Shown here piece after piece: positions 45,590 through 54,641 of a stretch of DNA of 64,000 nucleotides (positions are counted from its first letter, which is position 1; each line of letters begins with the position of its first letter). The notes beneath the pieces are model-generated. The model worked only from the letters and a program-made list of their open reading frames with translations. It was not told the origin of the DNA and did not search any database. Position numbers and translations under genes: made by a program. Origin of the DNA: an uncultured bacterium (lineage in GTDB: Bacteria > Patescibacteriota > Microgenomatia > Levybacterales > UBA12049); NCBI GenBank assembly GCA_963826535.1, contig CAWGXL010000001.1, forward strand, positions 78,336 through 142,335, read 5' to 3'.

Positions 45590-46810
45590 ATGGAACCTAC
45601 CAGCGAAATAGAACATGGACGTAATGAGAAAGATAAAAAAATAGAAAGACCTAAGCCCCTTGAAAAACCATGCATAGAAAACATTCCTCCTAACGAAAAC
45701 CTTCAAACCATAGAAGAGTTAGAAGCAACAAGACGGGAACTAGCCGAAACATCTTCTAGAAAAGAAACCCAAAGTGCTGATAATCCAAATCCTAATATTA
45801 TTCCCTCCGACAACGAAACTCTAATACAAATTGCAAATGGCCGGTGGATTGACTATAATTCACAGCGTGATATTTACAACAATCAAAAAAGAAAAGCTTA
45901 TTTTGGAGAACCAAAACCGGAAACATGGTTAACCTCATTTGCCTCAAAAATAAAACCGCTAAGAAACATCACTCGTATGGTAGGTGACTTTGTCCTATCA
46001 TTTCAAAGCCGTTCTGAAAAAGAATCTCTGAAACTTGCCGTAGTCAACGCAACAATTCTCAGTCGCAGAGAAATACTTGACAACCCCAAATTCCAAAATC
46101 TTTTACAAATTGAGGAGAATAATGAACATCTAATGAATTTACTGGATCAGGAGATTTTTCGTGAAGTAAACTGCCGTACTATTTTGATGTTGGAGGGACT
46201 ATCTCCGGCACAATTTCATTTATTAGCCAAACAAATGGGAGATAACCCGCGTGCATTTCTTTCTGATGATAGAAGAGAAAATGCCGGAAGGTTTGCAGCT
46301 GACAACAAACTCCCCCCGGATGGAAAACATCCATTCGTCCCGGACGACGACCCTGACTCTGAAGCCGAAAAAGTCCTTTGGGGGCCTGTCTTTCCAGAAC
46401 TAAAGTGGATACCAATAATAAAGGACTGGAGAATGTCCAGAACACACGCAGTAATTTACGCTGTTAAAGACTCCGAAGGCAACGATATTCTGTTACTTCC
46501 GGTTCATGTTGACCCGAAAACCCCCGTTGCTGCACTCAAATTTGGTAAGGATGCACTCAAATATCATCAATCTACCGACATTGGACAATTAGGAAATGCA
46601 AAATACGTCGGCACAGGATTATATGATCTTGGAATTAAATATTTCTTAAAAAAATTAAATGGTGCAAAAAATCAAGGCTTATTTGCGGATCTAAATGTCA
46701 CAGGAGTGGAAAAACTTACTACAACAAATAAAATAACCCGGGATGATAAAATAACCGATTATATCAATGGAATTGTTTTACAGGAAAAGCAAGCAGATAA
46801 ACCAACATAG
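45590..46810 (+). CDS. hypothetical protein (406 aa)
   Basis: Long ORF with coding composition and an acidic N-terminal region; no motif recognised. Confidence 0.4.
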   Translation: MEPTSEIEHGRNEKDKKIERPKPLEKPCIENIPPNENLQTIEELEATRRELAETSSRKETQSADNPNPNIIPSDNETLIQIANGRWIDYNSQRDIYNNQKRKAYFGEPKPETWLTSFASKIKPLRNITRMVGDFVLSFQSRSEKESLKLAVVNATILSRREILDNPKFQNLLQIEENNEHLMNLLDQEIFREVNCRTILMLEGLSPAQFHLLAKQMGDNPRAFLSDDRRENAGRFAADNKLPPDGKHPFVPDDDPDSEAEKVLWGPVFPELKWIPIIKDWRMSRTHAVIYAVKDSEGNDILLLPVHVDPKTPVAALKFGKDALKYHQSTDIGQLGNAKYVGTGLYDLGIKYFLKKLNGAKNQGLFADLNVTGVEKLTTTNKITRDDKITDYINGIVLQEKQADKPT

Positions 46811-46851
46811 GTATTGCAATTTAATAGCGGATCATCCAATAATATAGATAC

Positions 46852-47730
46852 ATGCTAATCTATATCCTGTTTGGTTTATTAGGAGGAATACATAGAGCTT
46901 TATGGGGAGCATACAAAGATTCGCCACATGAGCCATATAAAATATCCAAGTCTATTCGAAGTATTGTCATAGCTACGCTTTGGGGAATTATCCTCTTTAT
47001 AATTTTCCCAATCATTGGCATTAAAAGCGAAACTGTATCGCCGGTATACATATTCCTGATGGTAATTGCGCTAGACACTATAACTACAGAATTTTATAAA
47101 CTATTTATAAGAACGGAGCCTCAGGGAAAGTACGCTATCCCATCAATGTTCCACGCGTGGAGTACTCATATTCCAAATTATCAAAGGCTAATCATGTGCA
47201 TAGTATTAACTCTTTTCCTGGGAACCCTTTTTTATATACTATCTCAAATTAATACATCTTTAATACAAGTACCGCAAATAGCAACCGGTACTCTTACGGG
47301 CATATATGGAGGCGTTGCAATAGCATATCTCGAGCTAGTTGGAATTATCCTTTTACAGAGTGCTATACGCGGCGGATCCGTGGGTCTTGTGGGTGGAGTT
47401 ATGGAAGCAACAGGAGGAATGTGGAAAGATGCTCCATTTGAAGGCCTCGAACCACTAAAATTTTTCCGCAGTCCATTGGTAGGTCTTTTTTGGGGAACAG
47501 TTTTAGCTCTTAATCAAACGAATCTTGCAATACTCTTTATTTCAGTATTAGGAGCCGACCGGATGACTATTGAACTATATAAAACTTTCATAATTAAAAA
47601 AAGGATAGGTAAATTCAAAGCTAATACGCCTATTTTTCCAACATGGATTAAAAAAAGAAACATTTTTGTATTACCTTACTTCACAACATGGGTAATATTC
47701 CTTATTTTTTTAATTTTAGCCTTCAGATAA
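46852..47730 (+). CDS. polytopic membrane protein, family A copy 1 (internal 2-fold repeat)
   Basis: GAYKDSPHEPYK ... TEFYKLFIRTEPQGKY ... GMWKDAPFEGLEPLKFFRSPLVG ... ELYKTFIIKK; paralogous to 47788-48570. Confidence 0.5.
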   Translation: MLIYILFGLLGGIHRALWGAYKDSPHEPYKISKSIRSIVIATLWGIILFIIFPIIGIKSETVSPVYIFLMVIALDTITTEFYKLFIRTEPQGKYAIPSMFHAWSTHIPNYQRLIMCIVLTLFLGTLFYILSQINTSLIQVPQIATGTLTGIYGGVAIAYLELVGIILLQSAIRGGSVGLVGGVMEATGGMWKDAPFEGLEPLKFFRSPLVGLFWGTVLALNQTNLAILFISVLGADRMTIELYKTFIIKKRIGKFKANTPIFPTWIKKRNIFVLPYFTTWVIFLIFLILAFR

Positions 47731-47787
47731 ATCCGCTTACTCAACAAAATGTTTAAAGTCTGATAGCTCCCAATTTCGTCCATAACT

Positions 47788-48570
47788 CTAGACTAGAAAT
47801 CTAAATAAATATAAGAGAAAAAACAATGATGCAAAATAAAACGGTACAAATAACATTCTTTTTTCTAACCAATCTTTATGATGAACTTTACTCGATCCGA
47901 ATTTCCCCGGCCAATATCCTTTTTTAATAAAAGTTTTATACAACTCAACAATCACTCTCTCAATTCCCACGGCGCTCAGAATTATAAAAAATACATTATC
48001 AGTAAGTCGTGAAGCAAACAACCCACCCAATATACCAAGAAGTGGACTGCGTAAAAATTTAAGCGTATCAAACCCCTCAAAAAACCCGTCTTTATAAGAT
48101 CCTGCAATTGCTGTACCTAAACCTATCAAAAATCCCAATATAAGACCTTTAATTAGAATAGGAAAACCTGCAAGGCCATACTCTCCAAGAATATAAATTC
48201 CTAAAATACCCAATATTGGTATAACGCCAATAAAAAGTCTTTCTAATCTGCTATTAATAATTTTTCCAAATAAATGTATCTGCGTGGGTATCTTGTATAA
48301 ACTCTGGTTTTCGGTTCTGATAAATAATTTGTAAAATTCGGTGATACATCTTGATAATGCAAAAATAACAAGAAACACAATGACATATTCTTCATTTCCT
48401 GCCCATTGATATACTGAAAACAATAAACCGATTGCGCTGGCTATTAATAATTCGCGGACAACGCGCGCGGGCTTAAACCCCTCATATGGTGAATCTTTAT
48501 ACGCCCCGTAACTAGCTGCATGAATACCCGCCATAATTCCGATCAACAATGGATAAAAATTTTCTAACAT
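47788..48570 (-). CDS. polytopic membrane protein, family A copy 2
   Basis: GAYKDSPYEGFK ... TEFYKLFIRTENQSLY ... SYKDGFFEGFDTLKFLRSPLLG ... ELYKTFIKKG; convergent with copy 1. Confidence 0.5.
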   Translation of the reverse strand: MLENFYPLLIGIMAGIHAASYGAYKDSPYEGFKPARVVRELLIASAIGLLFSVYQWAGNEEYVIVFLVIFALSRCITEFYKLFIRTENQSLYKIPTQIHLFGKIINSRLERLFIGVIPILGILGIYILGEYGLAGFPILIKGLILGFLIGLGTAIAGSYKDGFFEGFDTLKFLRSPLLGILGGLFASRLTDNVFFIILSAVGIERVIVELYKTFIKKGYWPGKFGSSKVHHKDWLEKRMLFVPFYFASLFFLLYLFRFLV

Positions 48571-48638
48571 ACTAATTAACCAACTAAAAATAGTGTAGCA
48601 TAATTCATACGCTTATTTGCTATAATCCAAATAATATT

Positions 48639-50732
48639 ATGACACTACAAACTCCTCTGACGCAAGCAGACAGACTCCACAAAATGTACGCCAAACGACT
48701 CGAAAAATTAGGGATCACAACACTTGAAGACTTTTTATATCATTTGCCTAGTCGCTATGAAGACTATTCGGTAATTTCAAAAATCAGCCAGGTCCAGCAG
48801 GGGGAAACAGTCACAATTCAGGGTAAAGTGCTCGTTGCCAAAAATCAATATCTCCGCAACGCTAGAATAAGAACTATTCAAAAAGCAACTATTATTGATG
48901 AAACAGGAAATATAGAACTTACCTGGTTTAACCAACCATTCCTTATAAATTCGCTCCAAAAAAACAGCAGAATATCCGTGTCCGGTAGAGTTGAGAAATC
49001 AAAAAATAAATTATACATGCAGTCTCCGGAATTCGAAATTCTTTTAAATGACCGGACAAATCCCATACACACCGGTCGCTTAATTCCGGTTTATCCTGAA
49101 ACCAAAGGTGTTACGTCTAAATGGCTCCGCCGCCAAATCCACAAAATCCTACAGGATTATAAAATTGAACTCCAGGAATATCTTCCTCCGGAAATCATCC
49201 GGAAATTCCGCTTTTTGAGCTTTGCGCAGGCAATTCAGGAAATCCATTTCCCCAAAGACTTTGAGCTTGCATCACTTGCCAGAGACCGTTTGAGTTTTGA
49301 CGAATTATTCCTTCTCCAACTGGCAAGTATCAAAAGACGCGATGAATGGCAGCATATCAAAACAGGAAACCCATTAGAAATAGAAAAATATCAAAACGAA
49401 CTTAATAAATTTATTGCATCTCTCCCTTTTATATTAACCAACGCCCAACAACGAGCGGTTAAAGAAATACTTAATAACCTTAAGCAAAATAAACAAATGA
49501 ATAGACTACTTCAAGGAGACGTGGGAAGCGGAAAAACAGTCGTCGCCGCAATCGCGATGTACGCTGCATACCTGAATAACTACCAGTCAATATTTTTAGC
49601 ACCAACAGAGATTTTAGCGCAGCAGCATTTTGCAACAATCACCAAACTCTTATCACCGTTAGGAGTAAAAGTTGACTTAGTAACCGGAAGCAAAAAAAGT
49701 ATAAAGAATCAAGAAGTAACTATTAAGCCAAAAAATGCTAAAAAAATACTTAATACTAAATACTTAATACATAATACCAATGTCTTAGTTGGCACTCATG
49801 CTCTATTAAATGAAAAAATAAAACTTGATAATCTTGCCCTGGTTGTCATAGATGAACAGCAACGTTTTGGAGTTGAGCAAAGAGGCCTTATACGCAAAAA
49901 AGGAGAAAACACCCATTTATTGACCATGACCGCGACCCCGATTCCGCGAACTGTTGCGCTAACTATGTACGGCGACTTAGACTTGTCTTACCTCAACGAA
50001 ATGCCAATTGGTAGGAAAAAAGTAAAAACCTGGCTTGTACCGGTAGAAAAAAGAGAAGGAGCATATAACTGGATCAGGAAACAAATCAAAGAAACCAATT
50101 CCCAAACGTTTATAATTTGCCCTTTCATCGAAGAATCCGAAAGCATGCAGACAGTCAAAGCCGCAGCCATTGAATACGAATACTTAAAAAAAGAGGTCTT
50201 TCCGGATCTCAAACTCGGCTTACTCCACGGAAAATTGAAGCCCATTGAAAAAGAACAAACCATGCATGATTTCAAAAATAAAAAGACCGACATTCTGGTC
50301 GCTACTCCTGTTGTTGAAGTAGGTATCGATATTCCGAATGCTACTATAATTCTGATTGAAGCATCAGAGCGCTTCGGACTTGCTCAACTGCACCAACTCA
50401 GAGGGAGAGTGGGCAGGGGAGAGAAACAATCATTCTGCTTACTTTTTTCCGGGTCGCAAAACGATCAAACTACCAAACGCCTCAAAGCTTTAGAATCAAT
50501 CTATTCAGGTGCTGAACTTGCCGAATTAGACCTAAAGCTTCGCGGACCGGGGGATTTATACGGCACGGCACAACATGGAATACCCAAATTAAAAGTTGCT
50601 TCTTTTTCTGACACACAACTTATCCAACAAGCCAAAAATGTTGCTGATGAAATTTTCCCTAATTTATCAACCTATCCGCGTCTTGAACAAAAAATAAACA
50701 CCCTGACTCGAAAAAAAGTTTCCCCTGATTAA
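48639..50732 (+). CDS. recG: ATP-dependent DNA helicase RecG
   Basis: Wedge/OB N-terminal domain, Walker A GDVGSGKT, DEQQRFG (DEAH-like), QLRGRVGRG motif VI, C-terminal TRG-like region. Confidence 0.9.
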   Translation: MTLQTPLTQADRLHKMYAKRLEKLGITTLEDFLYHLPSRYEDYSVISKISQVQQGETVTIQGKVLVAKNQYLRNARIRTIQKATIIDETGNIELTWFNQPFLINSLQKNSRISVSGRVEKSKNKLYMQSPEFEILLNDRTNPIHTGRLIPVYPETKGVTSKWLRRQIHKILQDYKIELQEYLPPEIIRKFRFLSFAQAIQEIHFPKDFELASLARDRLSFDELFLLQLASIKRRDEWQHIKTGNPLEIEKYQNELNKFIASLPFILTNAQQRAVKEILNNLKQNKQMNRLLQGDVGSGKTVVAAIAMYAAYLNNYQSIFLAPTEILAQQHFATITKLLSPLGVKVDLVTGSKKSIKNQEVTIKPKNAKKILNTKYLIHNTNVLVGTHALLNEKIKLDNLALVVIDEQQRFGVEQRGLIRKKGENTHLLTMTATPIPRTVALTMYGDLDLSYLNEMPIGRKKVKTWLVPVEKREGAYNWIRKQIKETNSQTFIICPFIEESESMQTVKAAAIEYEYLKKEVFPDLKLGLLHGKLKPIEKEQTMHDFKNKKTDILVATPVVEVGIDIPNATIILIEASERFGLAQLHQLRGRVGRGEKQSFCLLFSGSQNDQTTKRLKALESIYSGAELAELDLKLRGPGDLYGTAQHGIPKLKVASFSDTQLIQQAKNVADEIFPNLSTYPRLEQKINTLTRKKVSPD

Positions 50733-51009
50733 AGTCAGTTTTGTTTCCATCTCGTCCAATAAAAAGTATAATCCCTGTCAAGCATGATAGTAAAAACTAA
50801 TGTATTCTCTTTAATTAATTAGAAGGAAGGTGATCAGTATTACACTCAACAAATTGCGTTTAAGACACTTAAAAATATATATGAACTTTTACTATCAGTA
50901 TCTTCCAAGAATCATAAAATATCAAAAACCAAAAACTGCTCTACTAAAAAATGGGGTAAAAGAAATAGTAATTAAAGGAGGTAGGTCAATACGAAATTAA
51001 ATTTATTAA

Positions 51010-51699
51010 TTATTTTAAAACCAATATCACGGCTTCTGCGATTTCTTTCATTGTTTTTCGCTTCGCCATTGCTTCCTTCCGCAGATAATGATAAGCCTCG
51101 CTCTCGCTAATATTCCGTACATTCATTAGTATTCCCTTTGCTTCCTCTATAATTTGTCGGGCTTGCAATTTATCTTCCAGCTGACCAACTCTCCTCTCTA
51201 AAATAATATTCGCGAATGCTGAAGCGATAATCTTAACAATTGCCTCGATGCTCTGAATTTGCTGATTAGAAAATGAGTAGGGGAGTTTACTTTGAAAATT
51301 TATAACGCCTACAACACCATTCTCATCAAAAATTGGTACAGACAAAAAACCTTCAAACTTATCTTCAGGTAATTCTTTAAAAAATTTAAACCGGGGATCC
51401 TTATATGCTTCTTTCGCGAGAACTACAGTTTTTCCATGCACAACAACCCATCCGGTAATACCCTCACCTTTTTTCATAGTAATATGACCCAACAGTTCAT
51501 CATGCCGCCTTTTAGAGCCAACTAAAATTAATTCTTTTCGCTCCCGGTCATAAAAATAAATCAAACACGCATCAACGGGAATAACTTGATTAACCACCTT
51601 AATAAGCTTCTGTAAAAACTCATTAAAATCATAATGATTGAATACAACCAAATCTGATAAAAGACCAATAATAGTAAACCAGGGAACCGGCTTTTCCAT
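51010..51699 (-). CDS. GAF-ANTAR RNA-binding antitermination-type regulator
   Basis: GAF-like N-terminal domain; C-terminal ANTAR-like helix set (IIEEAKGILMNVRNISESEAYHYLRKEAMAKRKTMKEIAEAVI). Confidence 0.7.
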   Translation of the reverse strand: MEKPVPWFTIIGLLSDLVVFNHYDFNEFLQKLIKVVNQVIPVDACLIYFYDRERKELILVGSKRRHDELLGHITMKKGEGITGWVVVHGKTVVLAKEAYKDPRFKFFKELPEDKFEGFLSVPIFDENGVVGVINFQSKLPYSFSNQQIQSIEAIVKIIASAFANIILERRVGQLEDKLQARQIIEEAKGILMNVRNISESEAYHYLRKEAMAKRKTMKEIAEAVILVLK

Positions 51700-51948
51700 A
51701 CAAGAAGTCGATTATAATACATGAGGCTTTGATTGACAATGTAAAATATTAAAAGCACTAATTATTTCCAATATATCATACAAAGCGGGGAGTGTGCTTT
51801 TTCGTAGGAATGAATAATAAATTAAAATCTACTTAAATGTGTAGATATACTAATTCTTAGGCACCAATATTTCAAATAGTAAAAGGTACGATGACGAGAA
51901 AAAGCGCATTCCTCGCGACAGAATCAAGAAGCTTTCAAAGCTTGGGAA

Positions 51949-53283
51949 TTATCTCTCCATTACTCTAACTAAACCTTTAATAGCATCTACCTCAACAAAG
52001 TCTCCATCATGCAATATTTGAGTTATATGCATAACACCAACTATACAAGGAATTTTAAACTCACGGCTAAGTATCGAAACATGCGCAGTCACACCGCCCT
52101 CTTCCGCCACTATTGCAGCTGCCTTATGGATTATTAACAGATAATCAGGAGTGGTATTACAAACAACCAATATATCACCTTCCTGAAATTTAGCAAAATC
52201 AGACTGACCTAGAACAATTTTAACTTTTCCATAAGCTTTCCCCTTTGCAGTTACCCGGCCCTTTAACTCCGTTATTCCCTTTAGCTTTAGATACGTTGAC
52301 CGAAATTCTTCAGCAGAATCTCCTCTTTTAATAACAAATCCCTCAGGCCTGCCAATAAATAATAACTGCTTTCTATCTCTAATTTGATTAAAATCTACCT
52401 TCCTATCTTCAAATACATCTACTATTTCCATCGGCAGGAAATACCTTAATAGCTCACTTTCAATTCCATGCTCGACAGACCACTTATCCCACAACTGATT
52501 AAAATTACCAAGCAACCTATTGATCAAAAATTTAGCCGAATCTTTAAGATATGCTGACTCCTGTGCTAATCGGATGAGAGATTGTTCATCCTTATTATAT
52601 GAATCGAATTTAATTTCTTTGTGATCTACATTTAAATCTTTTATATGTGTATTCTGATCCAACGACTTTAATCGCTTTAACTCGGCTATGTACCAGCTTT
52701 GTTCTTTAGGTTTTTCATTATAATACCCTCCATATAGCCAGCGGTAGCGGTCATAAATCTGCTCTAATATTCGGTCCTCAACTTTATTTGCAGTATGATT
52801 ATTAGCTAAACCAATTAATTCTCGCTCCTCGGCAATCGCAGCAGCCGGCTTAGTTGGTTGGGCAAATAATCCGATCTCCTCATCGCTTAAAAAACTCTTG
52901 AGTTGGGGTAATAACCCATGATCAATACCTCGAAGAATAGTTGGCAGCCGGAATGCTCTTATTACACATTCTATATAATCACGGGCATCAAAATTTTTAT
53001 TTGAATTAAAAAGTTCAGGAATAAAACTTTCAATAGCTAAAATTTCCCCTTCAATGAGATTAATTTTGTCCCGGTAATATTCAACATACTGCTCAAATTC
53101 ATTTTTTTTATAAATCCAATAAAAAGATACTAGATTATTCTTAAGGTCAATTACTTGGCCAACAAAGTGGGGGAGTCTTTTATCAATTAGAGAAAACTGC
53201 TGAGCAAAAATATAGATGGTATATGCATAGCACCATCTCTGACCAATAAGGTCATATCTATATTGACTATAATTAAGACTCAT
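51949..53283 (-). CDS. stand-alone PEP-utilizing-enzyme mobile (phosphohistidine swivel) domain protein with ~340-aa helical N-domain
   Basis: C-terminal GRVTAKGKAYGKVKIV...DYLLIIHKAAAIVAEEGGVTAHVSILSREFKIPCIVGV...DGDFVEVDAIKGLVRV (PEP-utilizers, catalytic His in TAHVSI); N-domain shares a (K/R)YxWL..Y motif with modules of the giant protein. Confidence 0.7.
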   Translation of the reverse strand: MSLNYSQYRYDLIGQRWCYAYTIYIFAQQFSLIDKRLPHFVGQVIDLKNNLVSFYWIYKKNEFEQYVEYYRDKINLIEGEILAIESFIPELFNSNKNFDARDYIECVIRAFRLPTILRGIDHGLLPQLKSFLSDEEIGLFAQPTKPAAAIAEERELIGLANNHTANKVEDRILEQIYDRYRWLYGGYYNEKPKEQSWYIAELKRLKSLDQNTHIKDLNVDHKEIKFDSYNKDEQSLIRLAQESAYLKDSAKFLINRLLGNFNQLWDKWSVEHGIESELLRYFLPMEIVDVFEDRKVDFNQIRDRKQLLFIGRPEGFVIKRGDSAEEFRSTYLKLKGITELKGRVTAKGKAYGKVKIVLGQSDFAKFQEGDILVVCNTTPDYLLIIHKAAAIVAEEGGVTAHVSILSREFKIPCIVGVMHITQILHDGDFVEVDAIKGLVRVMER

Positions 53284-53459
53284 ACACTCTCCTGAACATT
53301 ACGACACCCGCCGCTGCATTTATCTTGACGAAATCACTGTCATTAAGTATATCATTAGTTTCACGCGACACACCTGTCTCCACTTTACTTTTATCACCGA
53401 AAAAGATATTATATTTCTCACTATTTGCCTTCCAATAGAGTGATTAAGGAAAAACAAAT

Positions 53460-54368
53460 ATGACCTTTCTCGAAAAATACAATCTTCTAAAAAAATCTGT
53501 CCCCGTTTCAGCGATAACAATTGACACCGCTACAATTGATTGTGAATATGTCGATTATGCTAATAGAAGTAAAAATTGTTATTACTGTTTTAACGCAAAT
53601 AAACTTGAAAATAGTGTGTATACGATCATGGGATGGGGCAATAAATTAGATGATTGCATTTCAGTAACAGAATCTGAAAAATGTTACCAGTGTGTTGACT
53701 GCACTAAGTGTTTCGATTCTACATATCTAATAGATTGTAATAATTCAACTGAGTGCCATTTTTCAGCGTTTCTAAATTCCTGCACTGATTGTTTCGGCTG
53801 TGTCGCCATAACACACAAAAAGTATTGTATCTTTAATAAACAATATACGAAAGAAGAATATTTTAAAAAGGTTGAGAAGTTAATAAATGAAAAGCCGGAA
53901 AAGATTCTAGCCCAAATGTTTGAATTAAAAAAACAAATACCACATCCGGCAAGCCAACAATTCAACAGCGAAAACTGTCCTTATGGTGACTATGTATATG
54001 ATTCAAAGAATTGTTATTTGAGTTTTAACATATATTATGTTGAAAATTCGGGGTATATTTTTACAAGCGGTACTATTAAAAATTCATGGGATTTATATTT
54101 TTCCGGAGGATATAGGGCAAGAGGAACAATTTCCGACCGGTGTTATGAACAGGTAAATTCCGCAGAATGCTACGACTCTGCATTTCTTGATTCATGCCAA
54201 GGCTGCACAAATTGCTATTACAGCGCAAGTCTCATTAACTGCTCAGACTGCCTCGGGTGTGTTGGATTAAAAAATAAAAAGTATTGCATTTTAAATAATC
54301 AGCTAACCAAACTGTCGTATGAAAAAGCAGTAAAAGAAATTAAAAAAGAGCTTGGATGGAAAGGTTAA
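53460..54368 (+). CDS. cytoplasmic Cys-rich protein with internal tandem duplication (2 x ~140 aa)
   Basis: More than 40 Cys in CxxC/CxxxC spacing; each half ends C(F/L)GCV(A/G).(T/K).KKYCI(F/L)N(K/N)Q(Y/L)TK..Y(F/E)K; no signal peptide. Confidence 0.45.
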   Translation: MTFLEKYNLLKKSVPVSAITIDTATIDCEYVDYANRSKNCYYCFNANKLENSVYTIMGWGNKLDDCISVTESEKCYQCVDCTKCFDSTYLIDCNNSTECHFSAFLNSCTDCFGCVAITHKKYCIFNKQYTKEEYFKKVEKLINEKPEKILAQMFELKKQIPHPASQQFNSENCPYGDYVYDSKNCYLSFNIYYVENSGYIFTSGTIKNSWDLYFSGGYRARGTISDRCYEQVNSAECYDSAFLDSCQGCTNCYYSASLINCSDCLGCVGLKNKKYCILNNQLTKLSYEKAVKEIKKELGWKG

Positions 54369-54641
54369 AGTCTAACCAATGCCCGCCTTAGTATACATTC
54401 CTGATGTAAAAGCCCCCGCCCCGTTTTCCCTCTGCTATAAAAAGGGGTGCGCGAAAATCAACATCATAGTATCTAGAAATAAACGGCGGGAAACAACCCG
54501 GAGCAAAAAATGAACAAAAAAATGGAGAGAAATGCCCTTCCTGCTTGATGATATTCTCCGGCCGCACTTGCCGGATAAACCTATCCTCAGCTCTTATTTT
54601 TATTGCCATTTGAACACTATAATTTCACCGCATTCCCATTA

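Noticed and set aside
50733-51009. 277-bp non-coding stretch after recG with a 39-codon ORF (50881-51000)
   Set aside because: Too short and featureless to call; more likely a shared terminator/promoter region.
54388-54609. 73-aa minus-strand ORF in the GC-richer spacer between the Cys-rich gene and the amidohydrolase
   Set aside because: Pro/Phe/Gly-rich low-complexity translation, no RBS evident, lies in a convergent-terminator region; insufficient support.
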